DNA of 32,000 nt from Mycolicibacterium smegmatis (GTDB lineage: Bacteria > Actinomycetota > Actinomycetes > Mycobacteriales > Mycobacteriaceae): positions 2,070,001-2,102,000 of the forward strand of contig NZ_LN831039.1 of NCBI RefSeq assembly GCF_001457595.1, written 5' to 3'. The stretch's first letter is position 1. Each line of letters begins with the position of its first letter. The position numbers and the translations under genes were made by a program. Of this stretch, positions 9,776 through 19,400 are shown piece by piece. The notes beneath the pieces are model-generated. The model was given only the letters and a program-made list of their open reading frames with translations. It did no database searches and was not told where the DNA came from.

Positions 9776-9916
9776 GCCCGCGGGGCCGTCGGCGCGACGG
9801 TGCACTTCGCGGTCCGGCTCCGCCCACCAAACTGTGGTGAGATGGCGGCTGCCGGGAAGTGTGGCGGTCGGATTACCGTTGTTGGTACGAGCAGGGTTTT
9901 GACTTGAGGAGATGCG

Positions 9917-11107
9917 GTGTCCGCGAATTTGGATGTGTCGTTACCGCCACTGGTTGAGCCGGCCGACGAGCTGACCAGGGAAGAGGTGGCGCGCTACAGC
10001 CGGCACCTGATCATTCCGGATCTGGGGCTGGACGGGCAGAAACGGCTCAAGAACGCCAAGGTGCTGGTGATCGGTGCGGGCGGGCTCGGCTCGCCGACGC
10101 TGCTGTATCTGGCCGCGGCCGGGGTGGGCACCATCGGCATCGTCGAGTTCGACGTCGTCGACGAGTCCAACCTGCAGCGCCAGATCATCCACGGCCAGTC
10201 CGACATCGGGCGGTCCAAGGCGCAGAGCGCGCGAGACTCGATCGCCGAGATCAACCCGCTGGTGACGGTCAACCTGCACGAGTTCCGGCTCGAACCGGAC
10301 AACGCCGTCGACCTGTTCGGCCAGTACGACCTGATCCTCGACGGCACCGACAACTTCGCCACGCGGTATCTGGTCAACGACGCGGCCGTGCTCGCGGGTA
10401 AGCCGTACGTGTGGGGTTCGATCTACCGGTTCGAGGGCCAGGTGTCGGTGTTCTGGGAGGACGCCCCCGACGGCCTCGGCCTGAACTACCGCGATCTGTA
10501 CCCCGAGCCGCCGCCACCGGGAATGGTGCCGTCGTGCGCCGAAGGTGGCGTGCTGGGCATCCTGTGCTCGTCGATCGCCTCGATCATGGGCACCGAGGCG
10601 ATCAAGCTCATCACCGGAATCGGTGAACCGCTGCTGGGTCGTCTCATGGTCTACGACGCGCTCGACATGACCTACCGCACGATCCGCATCCGCAAGGATC
10701 CGTCGACGCCGAAGATCACCGAACTCATCGACTACGAGGAGTTCTGTGGTGTGGTCTCCGACGAGGCCGCCGCTGCGGCCGCCGACTCCACGGTCACCCC
10801 GCGTGAGCTCAAGGAACTGCTGGACTCCGGAAAGCCGTTGGCGCTGATCGACGTCCGCGAGCGCGTCGAATGGGACATCAACCACATCGAGGGTGCCGAG
10901 CTGATCCCCAAGCCCACCTTCGAGTCCGGCGCGGCGCTGGCCAAGCTGCCGACCGACCGCACGCCGGTGTTCTACTGCAAGACCGGCGTCCGTTCGGCCG
11001 AGGTTCTCGCGATCGCCAAGAAGGCCGGATTCTCCGATGCGGTGCATCTGCAGGGCGGCATCGTGGCATGGGCGAAACAGCTCGAGCCCGACATGGTCAT
11101 GTACTAG
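9917..11107 (+). CDS. moeZ: MoeB/ThiF-type E1-like adenylyltransferase fused to a rhodanese domain (sulfur-carrier protein activase)
   Basis: RYSRHLIIPDLGLDGQKRLKNAKVLVIGAGGLGSP nucleotide-binding motif, and a C-terminal rhodanese with active-site loop YCKTGVRS. GAGGAG Shine-Dalgarno sequence before GTG 9917. 396 aa versus about 392 aa recalled for Rv3206c. Confidence 0.9.
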   Translation: MSANLDVSLPPLVEPADELTREEVARYSRHLIIPDLGLDGQKRLKNAKVLVIGAGGLGSPTLLYLAAAGVGTIGIVEFDVVDESNLQRQIIHGQSDIGRSKAQSARDSIAEINPLVTVNLHEFRLEPDNAVDLFGQYDLILDGTDNFATRYLVNDAAVLAGKPYVWGSIYRFEGQVSVFWEDAPDGLGLNYRDLYPEPPPPGMVPSCAEGGVLGILCSSIASIMGTEAIKLITGIGEPLLGRLMVYDALDMTYRTIRIRKDPSTPKITELIDYEEFCGVVSDEAAAAAADSTVTPRELKELLDSGKPLALIDVRERVEWDINHIEGAELIPKPTFESGAALAKLPTDRTPVFYCKTGVRSAEVLAIAKKAGFSDAVHLQGGIVAWAKQLEPDMVMY

Positions 11108-11143
11108 CGGCTGGTTTGCGGGCTCACCGCTTAGGCTGAGCGT

Positions 11144-11998
11144 GTGAGTGTGGAACGACCGCCGGAGCATGTGCTGGCGGCGTTCGGCCTGTCCGGGGTG
11201 CGCCCGGTACCGCTCGGCTCAAGCTGGGAGGGTGGCTGGCGCTGCGGCGAAGTTGTGATGTCGATGGTCGCCGATCACGCCAGGGCGGCGTGGTCGGCGA
11301 AAGTACGGGAGACGTTGTTCGTCGACGGTGTCCGCCTCGCGCGGCCCGTACGGTCCACCGACGGGCGTTACGTCGTCGCCGGTTGGCGCGCCGACACGTT
11401 CGTCGCCGGGACACCCGAACCACGGCATGACGAGGTCGTCTCGGCGGCCGTACGCCTGCACGAGGCCACGGCCAAGCTCGAACGACCCCGCTTTTTGACC
11501 CAACCGCCGGTCGCGCCGTGGGCCGACGTCGACGTGTTCATCGCCGCCGACCGCGCGGCATGGGAAGAGCGGCCGCTGCATTCGTTGCCGCAGGGCGCGC
11601 GCGTCGCACCGGGGTCGGCCGACGGCCAGAAGTCCATCGAGCTGATCAACCAGCTCGCGACGCTGCGCAAGCCCACCAAGAGCGCCAGCCAGCTGGTGCA
11701 CGGGGACCTCTACGGCACAGTGCTTTTCGCCGGGGCCGCCGCGCCCGGCATCACCGACATCACGCCCTACTGGCGCCCGGCCTCCTGGGCGGCGGGCGTC
11801 GTCGTGGTCGACGCACTGTCGTGGGGCGACGCCGACGACGGCCTCATCGAACGCTGGGACTCGCTGCCCGAATGGCCGCAGATGCTGCTGCGGGCATTGA
11901 TGTTCCGACTCGCCGTACACGCACTGCACCCGCGCTCCACCGCGGCGGCCTTCCCGGGGCTTGCCCGTACGGCGTCCCTGGTGCGTTTGATCCTGTAG
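11144..11998 (+). CDS. conserved actinobacterial protein, kinase/aminoglycoside-phosphotransferase-like fold (Rv3205c-like)
   Basis: 284-aa ORF with an HGDLYGTVLF motif resembling the HGDxxxxN catalytic loop of APH/choline-kinase-like enzymes. Synteny after moeZ. Confidence 0.55.
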   Translation: MSVERPPEHVLAAFGLSGVRPVPLGSSWEGGWRCGEVVMSMVADHARAAWSAKVRETLFVDGVRLARPVRSTDGRYVVAGWRADTFVAGTPEPRHDEVVSAAVRLHEATAKLERPRFLTQPPVAPWADVDVFIAADRAAWEERPLHSLPQGARVAPGSADGQKSIELINQLATLRKPTKSASQLVHGDLYGTVLFAGAAAPGITDITPYWRPASWAAGVVVVDALSWGDADDGLIERWDSLPEWPQMLLRALMFRLAVHALHPRSTAAAFPGLARTASLVRLIL

Positions 11999-12042
11999 AG
12001 GTCCACTACCTCTCGCGAGCAGACGCAAACTTGCCGGTTTTC

Positions 12043-12062
12043 CTGCCATTTCGGGCAGTTTT
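12043..12062 (+). terminator. small hairpin plus T-tract after the Rv3205c-like gene, nested in a longer imperfect stem
   Basis: CTGCC (12043-12047), 6-nt loop, GGCAG (12054-12058), then TTTTGTG. It is enclosed by CTCGCGAGCAG (12012-12022) pairing imperfectly with CTGCTCGCG (12068-12076), in a convergent intergenic gap. Confidence 0.4.
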
Positions 12063-12075
12063 GTGACTGCTCGCG

Positions 12076-12372
12076 CTAGAAGATGTGACGGTACTCGCGC
12101 AACGGGACACGGCCGTCGGTGGCCAGAACACCCTCGGCGCGCAGGCGTTCGAGCTGGCGGGTCGCCAGATGCGGTGCGGGTCGCCCCGACGCGGGAACCA
12201 CCCGGTGCCACGGCAGATCAGACGAGTCGGTGCGCATGATCCACCCGACGATGCGCGGACTCGACAGCCCGGCCACCTCGGCGATGTCGCCGTAGGTCGA
12301 CACCGTCCCTGGTGGGATCGCCGCGACCAGCGCGCGGACCGCCTCCACCTGTTCCTCGGTGACGCGCGCCAT
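12076..12372 (-). CDS. alkyltransferase-like (ATL) protein: MGMT-family DNA-binding domain lacking the acceptor cysteine
   Basis: TYGDIAEVAGLSSPRIVGWIMRTDSSDLPWHRVV aligns by eye with the AGT segment SYQQLA...ARAVGGAM...IPCHRVV, but has Trp in place of the active Cys (PWHRV). 98 aa, no N-terminal AGT domain. Its ATG lies 1 nt after the lipV-like stop. Confidence 0.8.
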   Translation of the reverse strand: MARVTEEQVEAVRALVAAIPPGTVSTYGDIAEVAGLSSPRIVGWIMRTDSSDLPWHRVVPASGRPAPHLATRQLERLRAEGVLATDGRVPLREYRHIF

Positions 12373-12373
12373 C

Positions 12374-13147
12374 TCAGCCCAGCTGCCGGCGGATCAACTC
12401 GGCGGTCTCGGCGGGTTTGGCCTGAGCCACCATGTGGTCGCAGTCCCAGTCCAGCAGCGTGAACTTCGAGCCCAGCCGGTCGGTCAGCCCGTCGATGAGC
12501 GCGTCGGCCACGAACGGTGGACGGCAGCGTTTCGCCCGCACCAGCACCGTCGGGATCGGATTGTGCGGCAGCACAACCGGGCGCGCGAGCTCACTCCAGT
12601 ACGACATCGCCGCCGGGATGCTGATGCGCCAGCCGACGCGGCCCTCACCCACCTCGACGAGATGTTCGTCGAGCTCACGTTCGACCTCGGCGGGATCCAC
12701 CTCACCCCACGACCCGTTGACCTTGTCCAGGCGTGCCTCCTCGCGGTCGGGGTAGTCCGGCGAGGACAGCATGTCGTCGGCGATGTCACGCATCCACTCT
12801 CCGTCCAGCCCGATCGCCGGGTCGAGCAGCACCAGACCGCTCACCAGATCCGGGTGCGCGGCACTCAGATTCAGCGCCAGCGCACCGCCGAACGAATGTC
12901 CCACCACGAGCGTCGGGCGATCCAGCAGCGCCGCGAGCGCGGCGACGTTGGCGTCGATCGTCCATGGCGCCGCCCACGACGACCGGCCGTGGCCGATCAG
13001 ATCGGGCGCGAGGACGCCGACCTCGGGCAGATGTTCGGTCGCCAGGGTCTGCCAGCGTTGACCGTGACCGGTCAGACCGTGGATGAGCAGAACCTGCGCA
13101 GCGCCGGCAGGGCCGTAACGGTGGACATGGAGCACGTCTGTCGCCAT
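12374..13147 (-). CDS. lipV: alpha/beta-fold hydrolase (lipase/esterase, Rv3203-like)
   Basis: Oxyanion region VLLIHGLTGHG and nucleophile elbow VVGHSFGG. 257 aa, forming a tight operon with the ATL gene. Confidence 0.85.
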   Translation of the reverse strand: MATDVLHVHRYGPAGAAQVLLIHGLTGHGQRWQTLATEHLPEVGVLAPDLIGHGRSSWAAPWTIDANVAALAALLDRPTLVVGHSFGGALALNLSAAHPDLVSGLVLLDPAIGLDGEWMRDIADDMLSSPDYPDREEARLDKVNGSWGEVDPAEVERELDEHLVEVGEGRVGWRISIPAAMSYWSELARPVVLPHNPIPTVLVRAKRCRPPFVADALIDGLTDRLGSKFTLLDWDCDHMVAQAKPAETAELIRRQLG

Positions 13148-13160
13148 GCCACTGATGCTG

Positions 13161-13247
13161 CCACTCCGCTACTTGTCGGGCTCGTCGCTCCAATCCACTC
13201 CGCTACTTGTCGGGCTCGTCGCTCCAATCCACTCCGCTACTTGTCGG
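13161..13247. repeat. 34-bp tandem direct repeat, 2.56 copies (two perfect copies plus a 19-bp partial)
   Basis: CCACTCCGCTACTTGTCGGGCTCGTCGCTCCAAT occurs at 13161-13194 and identically at 13195-13228. 13229-13247 repeats the first 19 nt and then diverges. It lies in the 123-bp lipV/adnA divergent intergenic region. Confidence 0.95.
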
Positions 13248-13263
13248 TGCCCTCTGGTGTCAT
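13241..13263 (+). promoter_or_regulatory. candidate RecA-independent DNA-damage (RecA-NDp / PafBC-type) promoter for a leaderless adnA mRNA
   Basis: TTGTCGGTG (13241-13249), 8 nt, TGTCAT (13258-13263), 7 nt, then ATG 13271. It resembles the motif I recall as tTGTCRgtg-N8-TAnnnT. The -10-like hexamer is imperfect (G at position 2). Confidence 0.4.
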
Positions 13264-13270
13264 TCACCTC

Positions 13271-16200
13271 ATGACCACACGCCCCGCCGAGTCCGCACCG
13301 CAGACCGCCTCTACGCTCCTCGAGCCGGGGAGCAACGGTGTCGTGCGCCTGCTGGGCGGGCCGGGGACCGGCAAGAGCTCGCTGCTGGTCGACACCGCCG
13401 TGCAGCACATCCTGGCCGGTGCCGACCCGGAATCGGTTCTTCTGCTGACCGGTTCGGCACGCCTGCGCACCGCGGCACGTGCCGCGATCACCGCGCGGCT
13501 GCTCGGCGCCGGAACCGTCGGTGTGGTCCGTGAACCGCTCGTGCGCACCGTGCACTCGTACGCGTTCGCGGTCCTGCGGCTGGCGGCCCAGCGCAACGGC
13601 GACCCGCCACCGCGCCTGATCACCAGCGCCGAACAGGACGGCATCATCCGCGAGCTGCTGGCCGGCGACCTCGAGGACGGTCACCGCTCGCCCGTCGGCT
13701 GGCCTGAACAGCTGTGGCCCGCGCTGACCACCGCGGGGTTCGCCACCGAGTTGCGCGACCTGATGGCACGCTGCACCGAACGCGGTGTGGATCCGATTGC
13801 GCTGCAACGCCTCGGACGCACAGCCAAGCGCCCCGAGTGGCTGGCAGCGGGCCGCTTCGCGCAGGCCTACGAGCAGATCATGCTGCTGCGGTCGGCCGTG
13901 GGCATGGCCGCGCCGCAGGCCACCGTCCCCGCCCTGGGTGCCGCCGAACTGGTCGGCGCCGCGCTGGAGGCCCTCGGCGCCGACGACGAACTGCTCGACA
14001 CCGAACGCAACCGCATCAAGCTGCTGTTGGTCGACGACGCCCAGCACCTCGACCCGCAGGCCGCGCGGCTGGTGCGGGCGCTGGCGGCGGGCACCGGGCT
14101 CACGGTGATCGCAGGTGATCCCGACCAGTCGGTGTTCGGGTACCGCGGCGCCGATCCGGTGCTGCTGCGCGACGACACCCACCCGGCCATCACCCTGACG
14201 CAGTCCTACCGTTGCGCGCCCGAGATCGCGTCGGCCATCACGGGTCTGGGCCAGCGCCTGCCCGGCGTCAGCGACACGCGGCACTGGACCGGCAACCCGC
14301 AGCGCGAGGGCACGGTGACGGTGCGGCTGGCCGCCTCCACACACGCCGAAGGCACGATGATCGCCGACGCGCTGCGACGCGCCCACCTGGTCGACGGCAT
14401 TCCCTGGTCGCAGATGGCGGTGATCGTGCGGTCGGTGCCGCGGGTCGGCACGGCCCTCGCCCGCGCGCTGACCGCGGCCGGTGTGCCCGTGCAGGACAAC
14501 GGCACCGACGTGCCGGTCGGCCGGCAGCCCGCTGCCGCGGCGCTGCTGACGGTGCTCGACGTGACCGCGACGGGTCACCTGGACGCCGACAGCGCGGTCG
14601 CGCTGCTCACCGGTCCCATCGGGCGCGTCGACCCGGTCACCCTGCGCCAGTTGCGGCGCGCGTTGCGCCGCGCCGACGGCTCCCAGCCACCACGGGATTT
14701 CGGCGACCTGCTGGTCGACGCCATCGAGCGCGAGCCGAAGGGGTTGTCGGCCGAGCACGCTCGGACGCTGCGGCGGTTGCGCGCGGTCCTCACCGCGGCG
14801 CGCCGCAGCGACGCCTCCGGCGCGGATCCGCGCTACACGCTGTGGCAGGCCTGGCACGCCAGCGGGCTGCAGCGGCGCTGGCTCGCGGCCAGTGAGCGCG
14901 GCGGCAGCGTCGGTGCGCAGGCCGATCGCGATCTCGACGCGGTCACGACGCTGTTCGACGTGGCCGATCAGTATGTCAACCGCACGGCAGGCGCCTCCCT
15001 GCGCGGGTTGGTCGACCATGTGACGCGCCTGGGCGCGGCGGTGGCCAGGACCGAACCCGAAACCGCCGCCGAAGCCGTCGCGGTGCTCAGCGTGCACGGC
15101 GCGCTGGCAGGCGAATGGGACTTCGTGGTGATCGCCGGTGTCCAGGAAGGTCTGTGGCCCAACATGATCCCCCGCGGCGGGGTGTTGGGCACCCAGCATC
15201 TCGTCGACGTCCTCGACGGGGTGGCCGACATGACCGACCGCACGGTGTCCACGCGGGCGCCACTGGTCGCCGAGGAACGCCGCCTGCTGATGGCGGCGAT
15301 GGGCCGTGCACGGACCCGGGTGATGATCACCGCGGTCGACAGCGACACCGGTGACGAATCGCTGCTGCCGTCGCCGTTCTGCGCCGAGATCTCCGCATGG
15401 GCGACCGAACCGGTGGCCGAACCGCCGCTGGTCGCCCCGCGGGTGCTGGCCCCCTCGGCGCTCGTCGGCCGGCTGCGCGCGGTGGTGTGCGCACCCGACG
15501 GCGCGGTCGATGACGACGCACGGGCCTGCGCGGCAGCGCAATTGGCCCGGCTGGCGGCCGCGGGCGTGCCCGGTGCGGACCCGTCGCAGTGGCATGCCAT
15601 GACCTCGCTGACCACCGAGGAACCGCTGTGGTCGGAACCCGGGCATGTGGTCACGCTGTCCCCGTCGACGCTGCAGATGCTCACCGACTGCCCGCTGCGC
15701 TGGCTGCTGGAGCGCCACGGCGGCGACGACGGCCGCGATGTCCGGTCGACGGTGGGCTCGTTGGTGCACGCGCTGGTCTCCGAGCCGGGCAAGACCGAGA
15801 GCCAGCTGGTCAACGAGCTCGAAAAGGTCTGGGACGACCTGCCGTACGACGCCAAGTGGTACTCGGACAACGAGCTGGCGCGCCACCGCGCGATGCTGGA
15901 GACGTTCACGCGGTGGCGCGAGGACACCCGGCGTCAACTCACCGAGGTCGCCACCGAGATCCCCGTCGAGGGCATCGTCGTCGAACCGGGGGAGAACACC
16001 CCGGGCGTGCGGGTCCGTGGTCGGTTGGACCGGTTGGAGCGCGACGAGGCGGGCCGACTGGTGGTCGTCGACCTGAAGACCGGCAAGAGTCCGGTGACCA
16101 AGGACGACGCGCAGAACCACGCCCAGCTGGCGATGTACCAACTCGCCGTCGCCGCGGGCCTTCTCGACGACGGTGACGAACCCGGCGGCGGCAAGCTGGT

Positions 16201-16408
16201 CTACCTGGGCAAGGCCGGCGCGGCAGGCGCCACCGAGCGTGAGCAGGATCCGCTGACCCCGGACAAGCGCGCCGAGTGGCTCGAGACCGTGGGAGAGGCC
16301 GCCGCCGCGACGGCGGGCCCGCGGTTCGTGGCGCGGGTCAACAACGGCTGCGCCAACTGCCCGGTGCGCTCCAGTTGCCCGGCCCAGGCCAATGGGGACC
16401 GGCCGTGA
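13271..16408 (+). CDS. adnA: helicase-nuclease AdnAB, subunit A (UvrD-like motor plus RecB-like nuclease with C-terminal Cys cluster)
   Basis: ATG 13271 (MTTRPAESAP) gives 1045 aa, the size I recall for M. smegmatis AdnA. Walker A LLGGPGTGKSS, and a C-terminal nuclease region (VVVDLKTGK...QLAMYQLA) ending NGCANCPVRSSCP. The first 304 codons of track ORF 12359..16408 are antisense to lipV. Confidence 0.92.
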   Translation: MTTRPAESAPQTASTLLEPGSNGVVRLLGGPGTGKSSLLVDTAVQHILAGADPESVLLLTGSARLRTAARAAITARLLGAGTVGVVREPLVRTVHSYAFAVLRLAAQRNGDPPPRLITSAEQDGIIRELLAGDLEDGHRSPVGWPEQLWPALTTAGFATELRDLMARCTERGVDPIALQRLGRTAKRPEWLAAGRFAQAYEQIMLLRSAVGMAAPQATVPALGAAELVGAALEALGADDELLDTERNRIKLLLVDDAQHLDPQAARLVRALAAGTGLTVIAGDPDQSVFGYRGADPVLLRDDTHPAITLTQSYRCAPEIASAITGLGQRLPGVSDTRHWTGNPQREGTVTVRLAASTHAEGTMIADALRRAHLVDGIPWSQMAVIVRSVPRVGTALARALTAAGVPVQDNGTDVPVGRQPAAAALLTVLDVTATGHLDADSAVALLTGPIGRVDPVTLRQLRRALRRADGSQPPRDFGDLLVDAIEREPKGLSAEHARTLRRLRAVLTAARRSDASGADPRYTLWQAWHASGLQRRWLAASERGGSVGAQADRDLDAVTTLFDVADQYVNRTAGASLRGLVDHVTRLGAAVARTEPETAAEAVAVLSVHGALAGEWDFVVIAGVQEGLWPNMIPRGGVLGTQHLVDVLDGVADMTDRTVSTRAPLVAEERRLLMAAMGRARTRVMITAVDSDTGDESLLPSPFCAEISAWATEPVAEPPLVAPRVLAPSALVGRLRAVVCAPDGAVDDDARACAAAQLARLAAAGVPGADPSQWHAMTSLTTEEPLWSEPGHVVTLSPSTLQMLTDCPLRWLLERHGGDDGRDVRSTVGSLVHALVSEPGKTESQLVNELEKVWDDLPYDAKWYSDNELARHRAMLETFTRWREDTRRQLTEVATEIPVEGIVVEPGENTPGVRVRGRLDRLERDEAGRLVVVDLKTGKSPVTKDDAQNHAQLAMYQLAVAAGLLDDGDEPGGGKLVYLGKAGAAGATEREQDPLTPDKRAEWLETVGEAAAATAGPRFVARVNNGCANCPVRSSCPAQANGDRP

Positions 16409-19400
16409 CGCAGGTAGCATCGCCCGTCGTGCAGGCGCGATACAGCCCGGTCGAGCTCTCGGCGGCCCTCGGGCTTTTCCCGCCCACCGATGAACAGGCC
16501 GCGGTGATCGCCGCGCCGCCAGGGCCGCTGGTCGTGATCGCCGGTGCCGGTGCGGGCAAGACCGAGACCATGGCTGCGCGCGTGGTGTGGTTGGTGGCCA
16601 ACGGGTTCGCCACGCCGTCGCAGGTGCTGGGTCTGACATTCACGCGCAAGGCCGCCGGTCAGCTGCTGCGCCGGGTCCGCACGCGGCTCGCGCGTCTGGC
16701 CGGTGCCGGACTGGCACCGGGCTCGGGTGCGTCCGACGAATCGGCGACCGTCAGCACCTACCACGCGTTCGCGGGAACCCTGCTGCGTGAGCACGGCCTG
16801 TTGCTGCCCGTCGAACCCGACACCCGGCTGCTCAGCGAGACCGAGCTGTGGCAGCTGGCCTACGACGTGGTGTGTGCCCACCCCGGACACCTCGACACCG
16901 AGAAGACCCCGGCGGCCGTCACCGCGATGGTGTTGCGGCTCTCGGGCGCACTCGCCGAGCATCTCGTGGACACCGACCAGTTGCGGGACACACACGTCGA
17001 ACTGGAGCGACTGGTCCACACCCTGCCCGCCGGGCCGTATCAGCGTGACCGCGGGCCCAGCCAGTGGCTGCTGCGCATGCTCGCCACCCAAACCGAGCGC
17101 ACCGAACTGGTGCCGCTCATCGACGCGCTGCACCAGCGCATGCGCGCCGAGAAGGTCATGGACTTCGGCATGCAGATGGCCGCGGCCGCACGCTTGGCGG
17201 CGCGGTTCCCGCAGGTGGGCGAGCAACTGCGGCAGCGCTTTCGCGTGGTGCTGCTCGACGAGTACCAGGACACCGGCCACGCGCAGCGCATCGCGTTGTC
17301 GTCGTTGTTCGGCGGCGGTGCCGACGACGGTCTCGCGCTCACCGCGGTGGGCGATCCGATCCAGTCGATCTACGGCTGGCGCGGGGCCTCGGCGACCAAC
17401 CTGCCGCGGTTCACCACCGATTTCCCGTACTCCGACGGCACCCCCGCGCCGACGCTGGAGCTGCGGACCAGTTGGCGCAACCCGCCCAGCACGCTGCACG
17501 TGGCCAACGCGGTCTCCGAGGAAGCGCGCCGCCGCTCGGTGGCCGTCCGCGCACTGCGGCCCCGGCCCGACGCCGAACCTGGCACGATCCGCTGCGCGTT
17601 GCTGAACAACGTCGCCGCCGAACGCGACTGGGTCGCAGACCATCTCGCCCGTGCCTACCACGGCGCCATCGGACGCGGCGAGGCCGCGCCCACCGCGGCG
17701 GTGCTCGTGCGGCGCAACGCCGACGCCGCGCCGATGGCCGAGGCGCTCACCGCGCGTGGCGTTCCCGTCGAGGTCGTCGGTGTCGCCGGGCTGCTCGCCG
17801 TGCCCGAGGTCGCCGACCTGGTGGCGATGCTGCGGCTGATCGCCGACCCGACCGCCGGCTCGGCGGTCATGCGGATCCTCACCGGTCCGCGCTGGCGGTT
17901 CGGTGCCCGTGACATCGCCGCGCTGTGGCGGCGTGCCGTCGAACTCGACGACCGGCCGAAAGGCGAACTGGGCACGGCGGACATCGTCGCGCAGGCCGCA
18001 CCCGACGCCGACTCCGCGTGCCTGGCCGACGCGATCTGCGACCCGGGAGATGCCGAACGGTATTCGCCTGCCGGGTACCAGCGCATCGTCGCGCTGGGAC
18101 GTGAACTCACCATGCTGCGCGCGCACCTGGGCCATCCGCTGCCGGAACTGGTCGCCGAGGTGCGCCGCGTGCTGGGCCTGGACGCCGAGGCCCGCGCCGT
18201 ACGCCCCGTCGCGGCCGGGTGGGCAGGCACCGAGAACCTCGACCGGTTCAGCGATCTGGTGTCCGATTTCGCCGGCCACGCAAGCGCCTCGGTATCGGCG
18301 TTGCTCGCCTACCTCGATGCCGCGGTGGAGGTCGAGAACGGTCTGGCCCCAGCGGAGCTCACGGTGTCGCACGACCGCGTGCAGATCCTCACCGTCCACG
18401 CGGCCAAGGGACTGGAATGGCAGGTGGTGGCGGTGCCGCACCTGAGTGCCCGGGTGTTCCCGTCGACCACCCAGGCGCGGACATGGCTGACCGATGCCTC
18501 CGACCTGCCGCCGCTGCTGCGCGGTGACCGTGCCACCGAGTCCGAGATCGGCGTCCCGGTTCTGGACACGTCTGACATCTACGACCGGAAAATCCTGTCC
18601 GACAAGATCTCTGACCACAAGAAGAGCCTGGATCAGCGGCGGGTGGATGAAGAGCGTCGGCTGCTGTACGTCGCGATCACCCGTGCGGAGGACACGCTGC
18701 TGCTGTCCGGGCATCACTGGGGCGCCACCGAGAGCAAACCGCGCGGGCCCTCGGAGTTCCTGTGCGAGCTGAAGACCATCCTGGAAGAGGCCACGGCAGC
18801 GGGTACGCCGTGCGGTGAGATCGAGCACTGGGCACCGGATCCCGCACCGGGCGAGACCAATCCACTGCGCGATCAGGTGGTCGAGGCGCTGTGGCCGCCG
18901 GTGGCCTCCGCCGATGACCATGTGCACCGCGGTGCGCAACTGGTCGCCGCCGCGATGGCCGGTGAGGTGAGCGCCGAGGCCGATCAGGAGGGCTGGGCCG
19001 CCGACGTCGACGCACTGCTGGCCGAACGCGAGCGCCCACCGCAACAGGAGGACACCGAACTGCCGGGTCAGCTGTCGGTGAGCACCCTGGTCGAACTCAG
19101 CCGTGACCCGAAGGCCGCGCTGACGCGGCTGCGGCGCCGCCTACCGCAACGGCCTGATCCACATGCCCTGCTGGGCACCACATTCCACGAGTGGGTGCAG
19201 CGCTACTTCCATGCCGAGCGCCTCTTCGACCTCGACGACCTTCCCGGTGCGGTCGACAGTGACAGCGGACGCGCCGTCGAGGAGAGCCTGGCCGAACTGC
19301 AGGACGCGTTCGTCAAATCCCCGTGGGCCGCGCGCACCCCGGTGGAGGTCGAGGTGCCGTTCGACATGGTGCTCGGCGAGACCGTCGTGCGGGGCCGCAT

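Noticed and set aside
13161-13247. Possible CRISPR array or MIRU-type element.
   Set aside because: The copies are directly tandem with no spacers, only 2.56 units are present, and no cas genes occur in the window. It is a simple tandem duplication.
13169-16639. 1156-aa minus-strand ORF antisense to adnA. The same applies to 16201..19044 (947 aa, antisense to adnB), 24527..26803 (758 aa, antisense to uvrD2 and the coiled-coil gene), 2818..4884 (688 aa), 9941..11170 (409 aa), 8711..9805 (364 aa) and 28137..29075 (312 aa).
   Set aside because: They are Arg/Gly/Pro/His-rich with no recognisable motifs. Each lies opposite a gene with strong family signatures. Long stop-free antisense frames are expected at this GC content.
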